Shown here: positions 9,741 to 21,710 of the stretch, piece by piece
Layout of the letters: each line of letters starts with the position of its first letter
How positions within the stretch are numbered: position 1 is the stretch's first letter
Assembly (NCBI GenBank): GCA_021739695.1
Contig: JAIPBM010000023.1
Span: forward strand, 1,156 to 65,155
DNA: 64,000 bases
Origin: Flavobacteriales bacterium
Lineage (GTDB): Bacteria > Bacteroidota > Bacteroidia > UBA10329
Reading direction: 5' to 3'
Program-made: the position numbers and the translations under genes
Notes under the pieces: generated by a model
What the model was told of the DNA's origin: nothing
What the model saw: only the letters and a program-made list of their open reading frames with translations
Database searches by the model: none

Positions 9741-10827
9741 CGGTAGCTGGCTTATCTTTTTTCGGTTCTTTCTGTACTCGTTTGGGCATTTTTATATGCG
9801 TACCCAAATTGGTTGAAATCGAAATCTGGTTGGTTCCACCAGCCAAGTGGTACGTGGCGCGGCTGTATGAAAATGTGAATCGATTGACCTTGATTCCAAT
9901 TCCCCACGAGAATCCGACTGTTGCAGGTTTGCTGGCCACTTTGAATTCTTGGCGTCTGCCGTAGTTATATCCAGCACGAATAAAGATTCTTCGGGCAATG
10001 GTCAACTCCGTACTGAAAATGAAATGCCGCATGATGGCATCTCCAACGTTCGATTTCTGCTTGATCGCTTCGCCAGTAAGCGGATCAATGTCTGGAGGAG
10101 AATTGGTTGGGTCTTTGTAAGTAAGATCTGGTTTCTGAAGGTCCACAATGGTCATTGACAAGCGAAGTGGAATGTATTTCAGTTTATGACTGACTCCAAG
10201 ATCCAAGCTAAGCGGAAGGGGCTCGTACTGACCAGTAACATATGGCTTCAATTGAGAACCAAGATTTCGCGCTACCAAACTTACTGTCCAATTTTTCTGT
10301 GGATGATAAAACGTTGCCGCTAGGTCAACCGCCATTCCAACACTGCTGTAATCGGCCAGTTGTGAATAAATGAGTTTAAGATTCGCTCCGGTAGAGAAGA
10401 ATTTTCCAAATGGGCGTGCATACGTAGCGTGAAGCAGCGTCTCGTTGGCCGAAAAGTTTCCTTGAACGGTTCCGTTCACATCCGCTCGCGTAAAATTTCC
10501 ATAATTGGCATACATCACGCCAAATGCCATGTTGCCGATCTTATTGAACGTGTGTCCGTAGCCAATGTATCCGTAGTTGATGCCACCATAATAATTGGTG
10601 AAATCAGTGACGAGATACTTGTTCATGGAACTGTCCAAAATGGCCGGATTCAAGTAAACCAGATCAAGATCCCCGTCTTTGATGGCAATTTGATCACCAC
10701 CCATCGCTGCATTTCGGGCCGAAGCCGTCATGTCCATAAAACTATAGGTAGAACTTCCACCAAGCTGCGCAAATGCAGCAGAAGCAGAAAGTGTAAAGGC
10801 AAGGATGGATAGGAGTCGAATTCGCAT
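9733..10827 (-). CDS. porQ: type IX secretion system PorQ-family outer-membrane protein
   Basis: signal peptide, QLGG..TY.F, SARNAAMGG, NPA motif, beta-strand pattern; adjacent to cmk. Confidence 0.8.
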   Translation of the reverse strand: MRIRLLSILAFTLSASAAFAQLGGSSTYSFMDMTASARNAAMGGDQIAIKDGDLDLVYLNPAILDSSMNKYLVTDFTNYYGGINYGYIGYGHTFNKIGNMAFGVMYANYGNFTRADVNGTVQGNFSANETLLHATYARPFGKFFSTGANLKLIYSQLADYSSVGMAVDLAATFYHPQKNWTVSLVARNLGSQLKPYVTGQYEPLPLSLDLGVSHKLKYIPLRLSMTIVDLQKPDLTYKDPTNSPPDIDPLTGEAIKQKSNVGDAIMRHFIFSTELTIARRIFIRAGYNYGRRQEFKVASKPATVGFSWGIGIKVNRFTFSYSRATYHLAGGTNQISISTNLGTHIKMPKRVQKEPKKDKPATDG

Positions 10828-10895
10828 CAATGGCAAATAAAAACATTATTTGTGGCCGAGGGAACGGACAAGGTCTAGACTTATTGCCTTACACA

Positions 10896-11711
10896 TCACA
10901 ATTGTGCAATTTTTACTGAAAAGCCTTGCGGAAAGTTCAATTCAGCAGGTTCATTTTCAAATAGACCAAAGACTGTTGATCCGCTTCCGGTCATTGCTGC
11001 ATAATCTGCTCCGAGTTCGTACAGTTTCATGTTCAAATCAGCAATAGCGGGATATTTTGGAAAGATCGATAGTTCAAAATCATTCTTCACGCTATGTTTC
11101 CAATGTGCCACATCCTTCGAAAGCGAGGAAAGAAGCAACGTTTCAGTTGCTTGCGGTCTAATTCCTTCGTACGCTTCCTTGGTTCCAATATGTATGTTAG
11201 GATTTACGAGAACGATCCAATAACCAGAAAGTTCAAGGTCAAATGGTTCAAGAATTTCTCCTCGCCCAGTAACGTATGCAGGCTTGTTTGAAACGAAAAA
11301 CGGACAATCGCTTCCAACTTTCGCAACAATTTCTTCAAGTTTTGTTTCTGTGATACCAAGGTCGAACATATCGTTGAGCATTACAGCTGCGAAAGCCGCA
11401 TCGGCACTTCCACCGCCTAAACCTGCTCCAATAGGAATGATCTTGTGCAAGTGCATTCGAACAGAAGGAAGCCCAAATTCTTGATGAAGCAAGTGATAAA
11501 CGCGTTCGCAGAGGTTCGGTTTTCCGTCAGAAACAATTTCAATTCCTGATGAAGTGAAAGTCACTTTCCCTTTTCCCTTGTCGGCAACAATTTCTAAGAT
11601 GTCGTGCCACGGAATAGGGTAGAAGACACTTTCAATATCATGGAAGCCATCCGCACGTTTGCGAATAACGTTCAGTCCAAGATTGATCTTTGCGTTTGGG
11701 TAAGAAATCAC
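10896..11711 (-). CDS. ispE: 4-diphosphocytidyl-2-C-methyl-D-erythritol kinase
   Basis: NAKINLGL, PIGAGLGGGSADAA, GSDCPFF, MTGSGSTVFG; GTG start at 11711. Confidence 0.95.
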   Translation of the reverse strand: MISYPNAKINLGLNVIRKRADGFHDIESVFYPIPWHDILEIVADKGKGKVTFTSSGIEIVSDGKPNLCERVYHLLHQEFGLPSVRMHLHKIIPIGAGLGGGSADAAFAAVMLNDMFDLGITETKLEEIVAKVGSDCPFFVSNKPAYVTGRGEILEPFDLELSGYWIVLVNPNIHIGTKEAYEGIRPQATETLLLSSLSKDVAHWKHSVKNDFELSIFPKYPAIADLNMKLYELGADYAAMTGSGSTVFGLFENEPAELNFPQGFSVKIAQL

Positions 11712-11828
11712 GGAGGCGAAATTAGAATTCACTTCGGTCTGCATCATTAAATTCATTCGTACATCTGTTTAAGAACACAGATTTTTTCTGAAATTGAATA
11801 ACATTACTCGATCAACATCCAAAACGGA

Positions 11829-11960
11829 ATGGGCATTGCAACCAAAATAGTTCTGATTCTGATAGCGCTTCATTTGATCATCGGTTTCGGATGGCTCATG
11901 TATAAGTTATCGCCACAGAAGCATGATGGTGATGACGACAAAGCGGAAGGCGCTGAATAG
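11829..11960 (+). CDS. small single-pass membrane protein, 43 aa (not in ORF track)
   Basis: ATG..TAG frame translating to MGIATKIVLILIALHLIIGFGWLMYKLSPQKHDGDDDKAEGAE; hydrophobic helix plus charged tail; A-rich leader. Confidence 0.65.
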   Translation: MGIATKIVLILIALHLIIGFGWLMYKLSPQKHDGDDDKAEGAE

Positions 11961-12040
11961 CGGCCAATTCCTAAACGTCAACTTTTCGGGAATAATTATG
12001 AAATTCGCACAATGAATTTGCAATGCATGCATTGCTTTAA

Positions 12041-14077
<2,037 letters not shown>

Positions 14078-14089
14078 TTTGGCGGCTGA

Positions 14090-15553
14090 ATGCTGAATTA
14101 TCTTAAAACCCACAAACTCGCATGGCTGGTCACAGCGGTGTATGGCGTGGTTTTCTGTCTGATCTCGCTGATCAATCACTACAATTTCAGAACCTACGGG
14201 CTCGATCTGGGCATTTACACCCATGGGATCTATAGCTATTCTCACCTGCATTGGCATCAATTCACGCTTGGATTGGAAGGTGAATCATTCAATCATTTGG
14301 GGAATCATTTCTCACCGATTGTCGCGCTGCTTTCGCCCTTCTATTACCTTTTCGGGACCTACACGCTTCTGATTCTTCAGATTGCTGCCATTGTCTTTGG
14401 CGGGTGGGGCATTTATCTATTTGCGAAGGAACGACTGGAAGGATTTCAGCCAGAGTTGGTCATGGTGCTATTCTTCAGCATGTGGGGCATTTATTCGGCC
14501 TTGGCTTACGATTGGCATGCGAACGTGATGGCCGCCATGTTCGTGCCATGGTTCATCCTGTTCTACGAACGAAAAGATTGGAAAAAAGCCATGATGATGT
14601 TCGTCCTAGTGCTCATTTGCAAAGAAAACATGGCTGTTTGGATGGCTGCGATCTTAGCTGGATTGGCCGTTCGTGATTTCTTCCTAAAACCGAATCAGAC
14701 CAACTGGCTTTTCCTTGGTTCATTACTTGGTTCAGCTATAGTTTATTTTCTCGTTGTTCAGGCGGTCATCATGCCTGCACTGAACACGGCAGGTGTTTCT
14801 GATCATCTCGGTAATTACAGCCATTTGGGTAACGGACCGGTTGGAGTAATCAAGACCATGCTTGGTAAGCCACGGCACATTTTCTATCTGATGTTTGAGA
14901 GTTTGCAGAACGATCCTTTAACCTTCATGCTCAAATCACAGTTGCATTTCATGGTATTGGTTTCTGGTGGATTTGCTTTGATCTATCGTCCACATTACCT
15001 CATCACGCTAGCGCCCATTTACGCGCAGAAATTGTTGTCGTCAAATCCAGCGCATTGGGGCGTTTATTCTCAATATTCGATTGAGTTCGCGCCCATCATT
15101 GCATTGGCTTTTGTTGAATGGATGCAGCATTTTCCTTTCGAAAAGTGGAAGACGACTTTGCTTATTGGTACGATTGCCACGGCAACGTTTTTCAATTGGC
15201 ATCCAACACGACCGAATACGGGTTTTTATCAATCGGCACATTACCAATCGGGATTGAACTCAGAAGCCATTTACAATGCGTTGGAATTAATTCCTGCCGA
15301 TGCGGTTGTTTCGGCAAGTAATGTGATTGTGCCGCATGTTGCTGATCGGGAAAAAATCTATTTGTTTCCAGTTGTAAAGGATGCGGATTATCTGGCCATT
15401 CTAACTCACGGCCGCGACCTTTATCCAGTTGATAGTCTCGAATTTCCGCAGAAAATGGTGGAACTTAGAAGCGATTCCTTGAACGAGATCATTTATGACG
15501 AGAATGATTTCCTCATCATCAAACGGAAAGTTATTTCCGAAGGAATGAGATAA
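14090..15553 (+). CDS. DUF2079-like polytopic membrane protein (putative GT-C glycosyltransferase)
   Basis: YGLDLGIY, NHFSPI, YDWH, KE motifs; many TM segments. Confidence 0.75.
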   Translation: MLNYLKTHKLAWLVTAVYGVVFCLISLINHYNFRTYGLDLGIYTHGIYSYSHLHWHQFTLGLEGESFNHLGNHFSPIVALLSPFYYLFGTYTLLILQIAAIVFGGWGIYLFAKERLEGFQPELVMVLFFSMWGIYSALAYDWHANVMAAMFVPWFILFYERKDWKKAMMMFVLVLICKENMAVWMAAILAGLAVRDFFLKPNQTNWLFLGSLLGSAIVYFLVVQAVIMPALNTAGVSDHLGNYSHLGNGPVGVIKTMLGKPRHIFYLMFESLQNDPLTFMLKSQLHFMVLVSGGFALIYRPHYLITLAPIYAQKLLSSNPAHWGVYSQYSIEFAPIIALAFVEWMQHFPFEKWKTTLLIGTIATATFFNWHPTRPNTGFYQSAHYQSGLNSEAIYNALELIPADAVVSASNVIVPHVADREKIYLFPVVKDADYLAILTHGRDLYPVDSLEFPQKMVELRSDSLNEIIYDENDFLIIKRKVISEGMR

Positions 15554-16460
15554 AATCAGCCACTGATCTTTCAGGAATTTCTTCCATCGGAACGTGACCC
15601 ATGTTTTCGTAGATCAAGAGTTCTGAATTTGGAATGTCGGCATGGAACTTAGCCGCAGCTTCCACATTTACCAATCCATCCGAATCTCCCCACATGATAA
15701 GTGTTGGACATTTGATCTGTTTGACTTCTTCAGAATGATCGTAATTGATCTGTCGCGTCTTGCCCATCAAACCAGCGCGGTTTCCTTCGCGAAGCAATAA
15801 TTCGTGATAACGTTCCACCAATTCCTCTGTGATCTTCCAATCATCGAAATAAACCACTTTGACCGATTTTCTTACCAACGATTGAGGCGTAAGATGCAGC
15901 AAAACAGGTTTCATCCAGTCCATTTTCTGAAGTTTGAAACTTACAGGCGTAGGCTGATCTCCACGTGGATAACCGCTTGAATTGAGCACAGCCAACTTCT
16001 TCACCTTATCGGGATGATTGACAGCAAAGCTCCATGCCATATATCCACCGAAGGAATTACCGGCCATGTAGCACGTGTCCACATTCAGTTTCAGTAAAAC
16101 ATCTTCAATGAATTTTTGGTACCGTTCGCGGGTGTAATTGTCGTTCGGTTCAGGTCCAGTAATGCCGAAACCGGGCATATCGAAACTCACCACGCGGTAA
16201 TATTTCGAAAGTTCGTTCGTCCAGCCTTCCCAAGTGTGCAAAGAGGAAGCCGTTCCATGCAAAAGCACCACCGTTTCGCCTGTGTCGCCATTGATGCGAT
16301 AATGAACCTGCATGCCATCCAATTCTACGAACTGCGAATTGTCGTAAGCATATTTTTCGATGATCTCTTCAACCGGAATATCATCATGCCAAGAAGATGC
16401 TATGAATCCACAGACGAGACCAACTAGGCCGATAAGAATAAGACGGATGGCTATTTTCAT
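15531..16460 (-). CDS. alpha/beta fold hydrolase
   Basis: LLHG, DMPGFG, GNSFGG nucleophile elbow, WGDSD, GHVPMEE; N-terminal anchor. Confidence 0.9.
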   Translation of the reverse strand: MKIAIRLILIGLVGLVCGFIASSWHDDIPVEEIIEKYAYDNSQFVELDGMQVHYRINGDTGETVVLLHGTASSLHTWEGWTNELSKYYRVVSFDMPGFGITGPEPNDNYTRERYQKFIEDVLLKLNVDTCYMAGNSFGGYMAWSFAVNHPDKVKKLAVLNSSGYPRGDQPTPVSFKLQKMDWMKPVLLHLTPQSLVRKSVKVVYFDDWKITEELVERYHELLLREGNRAGLMGKTRQINYDHSEEVKQIKCPTLIMWGDSDGLVNVEAAAKFHADIPNSELLIYENMGHVPMEEIPERSVADFISFLRK

Positions 16461-16471
16461 TTTGATTTGGT

Positions 16472-17347
16472 TCAAAGATGCTTCGGTCGCTCTGGTTCAG
16501 AATGCTGAATTACAGAACGAATCTCATCTTTTTCGATGATAATGAGTTTTTGCTTGTAAAGTCCTCCGATGGCTTTTTTGAAGAGTTTCTTACTCATATG
16601 TAATTGTTCCTCAATGTCTTCGGGTGCGCTTTTGTCGGATAGGTGAAGAACCCCTTTGTTTCGGTTCAATGCATCCAAAATCTTACGAGAGTTGGGTTCG
16701 ATGCTTGCCACTCCCAACGGTTCAAGGCTTACATCGATCTTACCGTCTTCACGAACCAGTTTGATGTAGCCTTTGGTTTCATCACCAACCTCAATTGGTC
16801 GAAAAACCTCGTTTTCATACACCAATCCACCGTGCTTACGATTGATCATTACCTGAAAACCAAGTTCGGTTTCATTATAAACTACAAGATCGACTTCTTG
16901 ACCAGTTTTTAATTGGATGTCAGATTGATCCAATAGTTTTCCGATGCGCGGAGTTGCCACTAAGCGTTCCGATTTTTCGTCCAGGAAAACGCCAACTAAA
17001 TATTTTTTGCCCACTTCCATTTGTTCCACCATTTCGGCATACGGAACAAAAAGATGTTTCTCCAAACCCCAGTCCAAAAACGCTCCGATCCGATTCACAG
17101 AATGAACTTCAAGCCATTCGAATTTACCCAACGAAATGCGTGGTGTCTGAGTAGTGGCAACAGGGCGTTCTTCGGTATCCAAGTAAACGAAAACAGTGAG
17201 TTCATCGCCTTCTTGCATGCCTGGTTTCAGGTATTTGTTGGGCAATAGGATAACGTCATCGTAGCCAGCATCTGGCTCGCCCAAATAGGCACCAACGCTG
17301 GTAAATCTGTGAATGGTAAGTGTATTGTATTCGCCTATTTTGAACAC
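16472..17347 (-). CDS. CvfB family S1-domain RNA-binding protein
   Basis: IGEYNTL, GAFLDWGLEK, DKS.PE.I, MSKK.FKKAIGGLYK. Confidence 0.88.
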   Translation of the reverse strand: MFKIGEYNTLTIHRFTSVGAYLGEPDAGYDDVILLPNKYLKPGMQEGDELTVFVYLDTEERPVATTQTPRISLGKFEWLEVHSVNRIGAFLDWGLEKHLFVPYAEMVEQMEVGKKYLVGVFLDEKSERLVATPRIGKLLDQSDIQLKTGQEVDLVVYNETELGFQVMINRKHGGLVYENEVFRPIEVGDETKGYIKLVREDGKIDVSLEPLGVASIEPNSRKILDALNRNKGVLHLSDKSAPEDIEEQLHMSKKLFKKAIGGLYKQKLIIIEKDEIRSVIQHSEPERPKHL

Positions 17348-17383
17348 GAATTTTGAATTAAGAATGATGAATTAATAGTTGGT

Positions 17384-18853
17384 TCAAAGCTCTTTTCTGA
17401 GCCGTGCAACTGGAATTCCCAATTGCTCGCGGTATTTGGCAACGGTTCTTCTAGCAATGATGTAGCCTTTTTCTTTGAGCAACGCAGCCAATTTTTCATC
17501 GGCCAAGGGATGGTTTTTTTCCTCGCCTTCAATCGCATCGCTCAAAATCTTTTTCACTTCCCTAGAACTTACTTCTTCGCCACTTTCTGTGGTCAACGAT
17601 TCAGAGAAAAAGGATTTTAATAAGAAAGTCCCGAATTGAGTTTGAACGTATTTGCTGTTCGCAACGCGAGAAATGGTGGAAATATCCAAGCCAACGATGT
17701 CTGAAATATCCTTCAGGATCATCGGTTTCAACTTCGTTTCATCTCCCGTGAGGAAATATTCTTTCTGATATTCCATAATGGCATCCATGGTGCCATAAAG
17801 TGTCATCTGTCGTTGCAGAATGGCATCAATGAACCATTTGGCGCCATCCAACTTTTGCTTTACAAACTGTACAGCTTCCTTCTGTTCTCTATTGGCCTTT
17901 CCCTTTGTTTCTGAATAGGCGCGAAGCATTTGCTTGTACTCGTTACTTACTTTCAGTTGAGGCGCATTTCGCCCGTTCAGTGTCAATTCGAGCTTGCCAT
18001 CTTCATTATTGATCATGAAATCGGCAACGATGTTCTGAACAACTTTCGTGCTGTCGGAAAGTGAATTTCCAGGACGAGGATTGAGTTTTAGGACCTCATC
18101 AAGCACCTTTTTCAATTCGTCTTCTTCGATATGAAGTCGTTGACAGATTTTGGTGTAATGCTTTTTCGAAAACTCATCCATCATATTGGAGATGAGTTCT
18201 TTAGCAAGATGAACAGTGTCTGTTTCTTCCTTGCGGTTTAACTGCAATAGAAGACATTCTTGCAAGTTTCTAGCACCAACTCCAGCAGGTTCAAAGCTTT
18301 GTATCACATCCAACAGGTCTTCAACTTCATCTTCGTTGGTGTGAATGTTCTGGGTAAAAGCGAGGTCGTCAACAATGGCATAAACCTCTCTGCGTAAATA
18401 ACCGTCATCGTCTAAATTCCCAATGATGGTCTCGGCAATCGTCCGCTGCTGTTCAGAAAGAACGCGCATTCCAAGCTGTTCATCAAGCAATTCGCGAAAA
18501 CTGAAACCACCGCTCAGCGGCATTTCGCGCTCCTCGTCATCGGGGCTCGTGTTATTCGCGTAAAGCTTGTAGTCAGGAATGTCATCGTCATCCAAATAAT
18601 CCTCTATCGTGAATTCGTCATCCGCGCTAGAGTCTTCCTCAAAATCATCCTGATCGTCATTCTGAAGATCTGACAGTTCATCATCAAACTCATCGCCTTC
18701 TGGTCCTTCTTCCAAAGCTGGATTTACTTCCAACTCTTCCTTGATGCGCTGTTCAAGTGCGATTGTAGGTATCTGAAGCAACTTCATCAGCTGGATCTGC
18801 TGAGGCGAAAGTCGCTGTAATTGCTTCTGCTGTAATCGTTGTTTCATTGCCAT
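17384..18853 (-). CDS. rpoN: RNA polymerase sigma-54 factor
   Basis: Q-rich region I, DISTISRV, ARRTVAKYRE RpoN box. Confidence 0.97.
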   Translation of the reverse strand: MAMKQRLQQKQLQRLSPQQIQLMKLLQIPTIALEQRIKEELEVNPALEEGPEGDEFDDELSDLQNDDQDDFEEDSSADDEFTIEDYLDDDDIPDYKLYANNTSPDDEEREMPLSGGFSFRELLDEQLGMRVLSEQQRTIAETIIGNLDDDGYLRREVYAIVDDLAFTQNIHTNEDEVEDLLDVIQSFEPAGVGARNLQECLLLQLNRKEETDTVHLAKELISNMMDEFSKKHYTKICQRLHIEEDELKKVLDEVLKLNPRPGNSLSDSTKVVQNIVADFMINNEDGKLELTLNGRNAPQLKVSNEYKQMLRAYSETKGKANREQKEAVQFVKQKLDGAKWFIDAILQRQMTLYGTMDAIMEYQKEYFLTGDETKLKPMILKDISDIVGLDISTISRVANSKYVQTQFGTFLLKSFFSESLTTESGEEVSSREVKKILSDAIEGEEKNHPLADEKLAALLKEKGYIIARRTVAKYREQLGIPVARLRKEL

Positions 18854-18999
18854 GGGAGTGGTCTTTTACGATTGGTCGAAGATCGGTATTCCAATTTGAG
18901 TGCCAAAGACAATTCAATGGTCAATTGGCAATTTACCGTTTTATAGATTGATTGCAATTATTCATCTCCAATTATAGATTTTTACAAAAACTGAACGGT

Positions 19000-19338
19000 A
19001 TGGCTTACAGCGAACATTTAGTAGAACGTGTGAGACTGCGGCTTCAAAAAGCCAACATTACGGACGAAAAAAAGATGATGGGTGGTTTCATTTTCATGGT
19101 CAATGGTAAGATGTGTATTGGCGTGGATAGAGATAAAACAACAGGAGAAGACCGTTTGATGGTTCGTGTTGGTAAGGCAAGGCACGATAAGCTGTTATTC
19201 AAAAACGGAAGTCGAGAAATGGATTTCACGGGCAAGACAATGCGCGGTTTTCTTTTCATATCGCCCGAAGGATTTGATGCGGAAAGTGATCTGGATTTTT
19301 GGACTGAGAAAGCGCTAGAATTCAACCAGATGATTTGA
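19000..19338 (+). CDS. TfoX/Sxy N-terminal domain protein
   Basis: MAY.E.L..RVR, EKKMMGG..FMVNGKMC, MDFTGK.MRGF; ATG at 19000. Confidence 0.82.
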   Translation: MAYSEHLVERVRLRLQKANITDEKKMMGGFIFMVNGKMCIGVDRDKTTGEDRLMVRVGKARHDKLLFKNGSREMDFTGKTMRGFLFISPEGFDAESDLDFWTEKALEFNQMI

Positions 19339-19404
19339 ATTCAATAAAAAATTTACCTTCGGCCGAATTCAAAAACGAGTTTAAGTAAACACAGATCAGG
19401 TACG

Positions 19405-19977
19405 ATGGAAAAGGAAATAATTGCGAGAAGCGGTTCAAAATGCGAATTGTGTGGTTCTGAAAAGGACTTGCAGTTTTATGTCGTTCCACCGAAATCTGCC
19501 GGTTCTACCGATAATGCTATCCATGCCTGTGGAACTTGTTTTGAACAATTGAATGATTCCGAAAAAGTAGATTCCAATCATTGGAGATGCCTAAATGATA
19601 GTATGTGGAGCACGGTTCCTGCAGTGCAGGTGGTTGCTTGGCGCATGCTTAATCAGCTAAAGGCAGAAGGTTGGCCGCAAGACCTGCTTGATATGATGTA
19701 TTTGGAAGATGAAACCGCTGAATGGGCAAAAGACGGAATGTTGCCAGAAGGCGAAGAGGCCATTATACATAGAGATAGTAATGGCGTGGTTCTGAGCTAC
19801 GGAGATTCTGTAGTGCTGATAAAGGATTTGAATGTGAAAGGGACAAGTATGGTGGCCAAGCGTGGCGAAGCTGTTCGCAACATTACATTGGTGCACGACA
19901 ATGCAGAACAGATCGAGGGCCGCGTAAACGGCCAAATGATCGTGATTCTAACGCAATACGTGAAGAAGACGAATTAG
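19405..19977 (+). CDS. PhnA domain-containing protein
   Basis: CELC zinc ribbon, [28 protein letters not shown]. Confidence 0.88.
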   Translation: MEKEIIARSGSKCELCGSEKDLQFYVVPPKSAGSTDNAIHACGTCFEQLNDSEKVDSNHWRCLNDSMWSTVPAVQVVAWRMLNQLKAEGWPQDLLDMMYLEDETAEWAKDGMLPEGEEAIIHRDSNGVVLSYGDSVVLIKDLNVKGTSMVAKRGEAVRNITLVHDNAEQIEGRVNGQMIVILTQYVKKTN

Positions 19978-21416
19978 AATTCGCAGTTATTCGGAGTTCT
20001 TGGAAAAGGAATAACGTCTCGAACGTTTGTCATTCCAGTAATGAACATCATCAGTCGTTCGAAGCCAAGGCCAAAACCACTGTGTTCAACCGTTCCGAAT
20101 TTACGAGTGTCCATGTACCACCAAACGCTTTCGAGTGGAATGTGGAAGTCTTCGATTTTCTTCATCAGCACATCATAACGTTCCTCACGTTGTGATCCTC
20201 CTACAATTTCTCCAATGCCTGGAAATAGAATGTCCATCGCGGCCACTGTTTTTCCATCTTCATTCAGCTTCATGTAAAACGCCTTGATCTTAGCTGGATA
20301 ACCCGTAATGATCACTGGTTTTTGAAAGTGTTTCTCAACCAAGAAACGTTCGTGTTCGCTTTGAAGGTCAACACCCCATTCATCTACAGGGTATTCGAAT
20401 TTCTTCTTTTTGTTTGGTTGGCTGTTTTGGAGAATATCAACTGCTTCTGTATAAGTGATACGAGCAAAGTCATTGCTTACCACAAACTTCAGTTTGTCTA
20501 ACAGCTCCATTGGTTGGCGCTTATCCTGTGGCAGACTTTTTTCTTCTTCAGCTATTCGGTCGCTCAAGAATTTCAAGTCGTCCGGACAGGTTTCCATTAC
20601 ATATTTAATTGTCTCCTTGAGAAAATCCTCTGCAAGGTCCATGTTGTCGTAGATATCGTTGAAAGCAACTTCAGGTTCAATCATCCAGAATTCCGCCAAA
20701 TGGCGAGAGGTGTTGCTGTTTTCAGCACGGAATGTTGGTCCGAAAGTATAAACCTTCGAAAGTGCCATAGCGGCCAATTCTGCTTCCAACTGACCAGTTA
20801 CGCAAAGGTTAGTCTGCTTTCCGAAAAAATCTTCCGAATAATCTACTGCTCCATCTTCATTCAGCGGTGGGTTTTTAGGATCAAGCATCGTAACGCGGAA
20901 CATTTCTCCAGCGCCCTCGCCATCCGTACCTGTGAGAATAGGGGAGTGGATATTGAAGAATCCGCGATCATTGAAATACTTATGAATGGCAAATGTGAGT
21001 GCATGACGCACTCGGAAAACCGATCCGAATGTATTGGTCCGCATTCGCAAGTGTGCGTTCTCACGAAGAAACTCCAAACTGTGTTTTTTTGGCTGGATTG
21101 GAAATTTCTCAGGGTCTGCAATTCCATGAACCTTTACAGATGTCGCTTTTACTTCAACAGTTTGGCCTTTGCCCTCGCTGGCAACCAATTGTCCGACAAT
21201 GGAAACGCAAGCTCCCGTTGTCACTTCTTTAAGTGCTTCATCGCTAAACTGTTCCATGTCAAAAACGCACTGGAGGTTATTGACCGTAGAGCCATCATTC
21301 ATTGCTACGAAATTGACATATGCGTTTCCACGTTTCGTTCTTACCCATCCTCTTACCGTCACTTCACGGTCAATTTTGTCCGTGGTCAATAATTGTTTAA
21401 TGCTTTCCATTGCCAT
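19974..21416 (-). CDS. asnS: asparagine--tRNA ligase
   Basis: OB-fold [48 protein letters not shown]. Confidence 0.97.
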   Translation of the reverse strand: MAMESIKQLLTTDKIDREVTVRGWVRTKRGNAYVNFVAMNDGSTVNNLQCVFDMEQFSDEALKEVTTGACVSIVGQLVASEGKGQTVEVKATSVKVHGIADPEKFPIQPKKHSLEFLRENAHLRMRTNTFGSVFRVRHALTFAIHKYFNDRGFFNIHSPILTGTDGEGAGEMFRVTMLDPKNPPLNEDGAVDYSEDFFGKQTNLCVTGQLEAELAAMALSKVYTFGPTFRAENSNTSRHLAEFWMIEPEVAFNDIYDNMDLAEDFLKETIKYVMETCPDDLKFLSDRIAEEEKSLPQDKRQPMELLDKLKFVVSNDFARITYTEAVDILQNSQPNKKKKFEYPVDEWGVDLQSEHERFLVEKHFQKPVIITGYPAKIKAFYMKLNEDGKTVAAMDILFPGIGEIVGGSQREERYDVLMKKIEDFHIPLESVWWYMDTRKFGTVEHSGFGLGFERLMMFITGMTNVRDVIPFPRTPNNCEF

Positions 21417-21606
21417 GTTTTTGAAGCGTGCAAAGATAGATGCTTAGATTATTGTGAAATGAGCCCGAAACGAATTGGCGAAGAAGATTTATACACCATG
21501 TATTCTGATGTGATTGGGCGGAAAAGATGTTTCGAAAGCTTCAAACCTGCCAAAGCAATTGAAATTTGAGCTTGAATTAACATGCGAGAACGGTTATTTA
21601 AATTAC

Positions 21607-21614
21607 TATTTTTG
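21607..21614 (+). promoter_or_regulatory. -7 promoter element for rpsA, followed by a structured leader
   Basis: TATTTTTG then hairpins tcccaaaaatggga and ctcttcccgaacaagag. Confidence 0.55.
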
Positions 21615-21710
21615 CAATCCCAAAAATGGGAGGCTCTTCCCGAACAAGAGTCGTATATAAAAACAATCTCTCTAACGATACGGGAACGTTGAGATACAAA
21701 TCTGACCAAC

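Noticed and set aside
18540..18700. TCA/TCG-rich periodic sequence
   Set aside because: It encodes the normal acidic region II of sigma-54.
20514..21392. 292-aa plus-strand ORF
   Set aside because: Antisense shadow of asnS.
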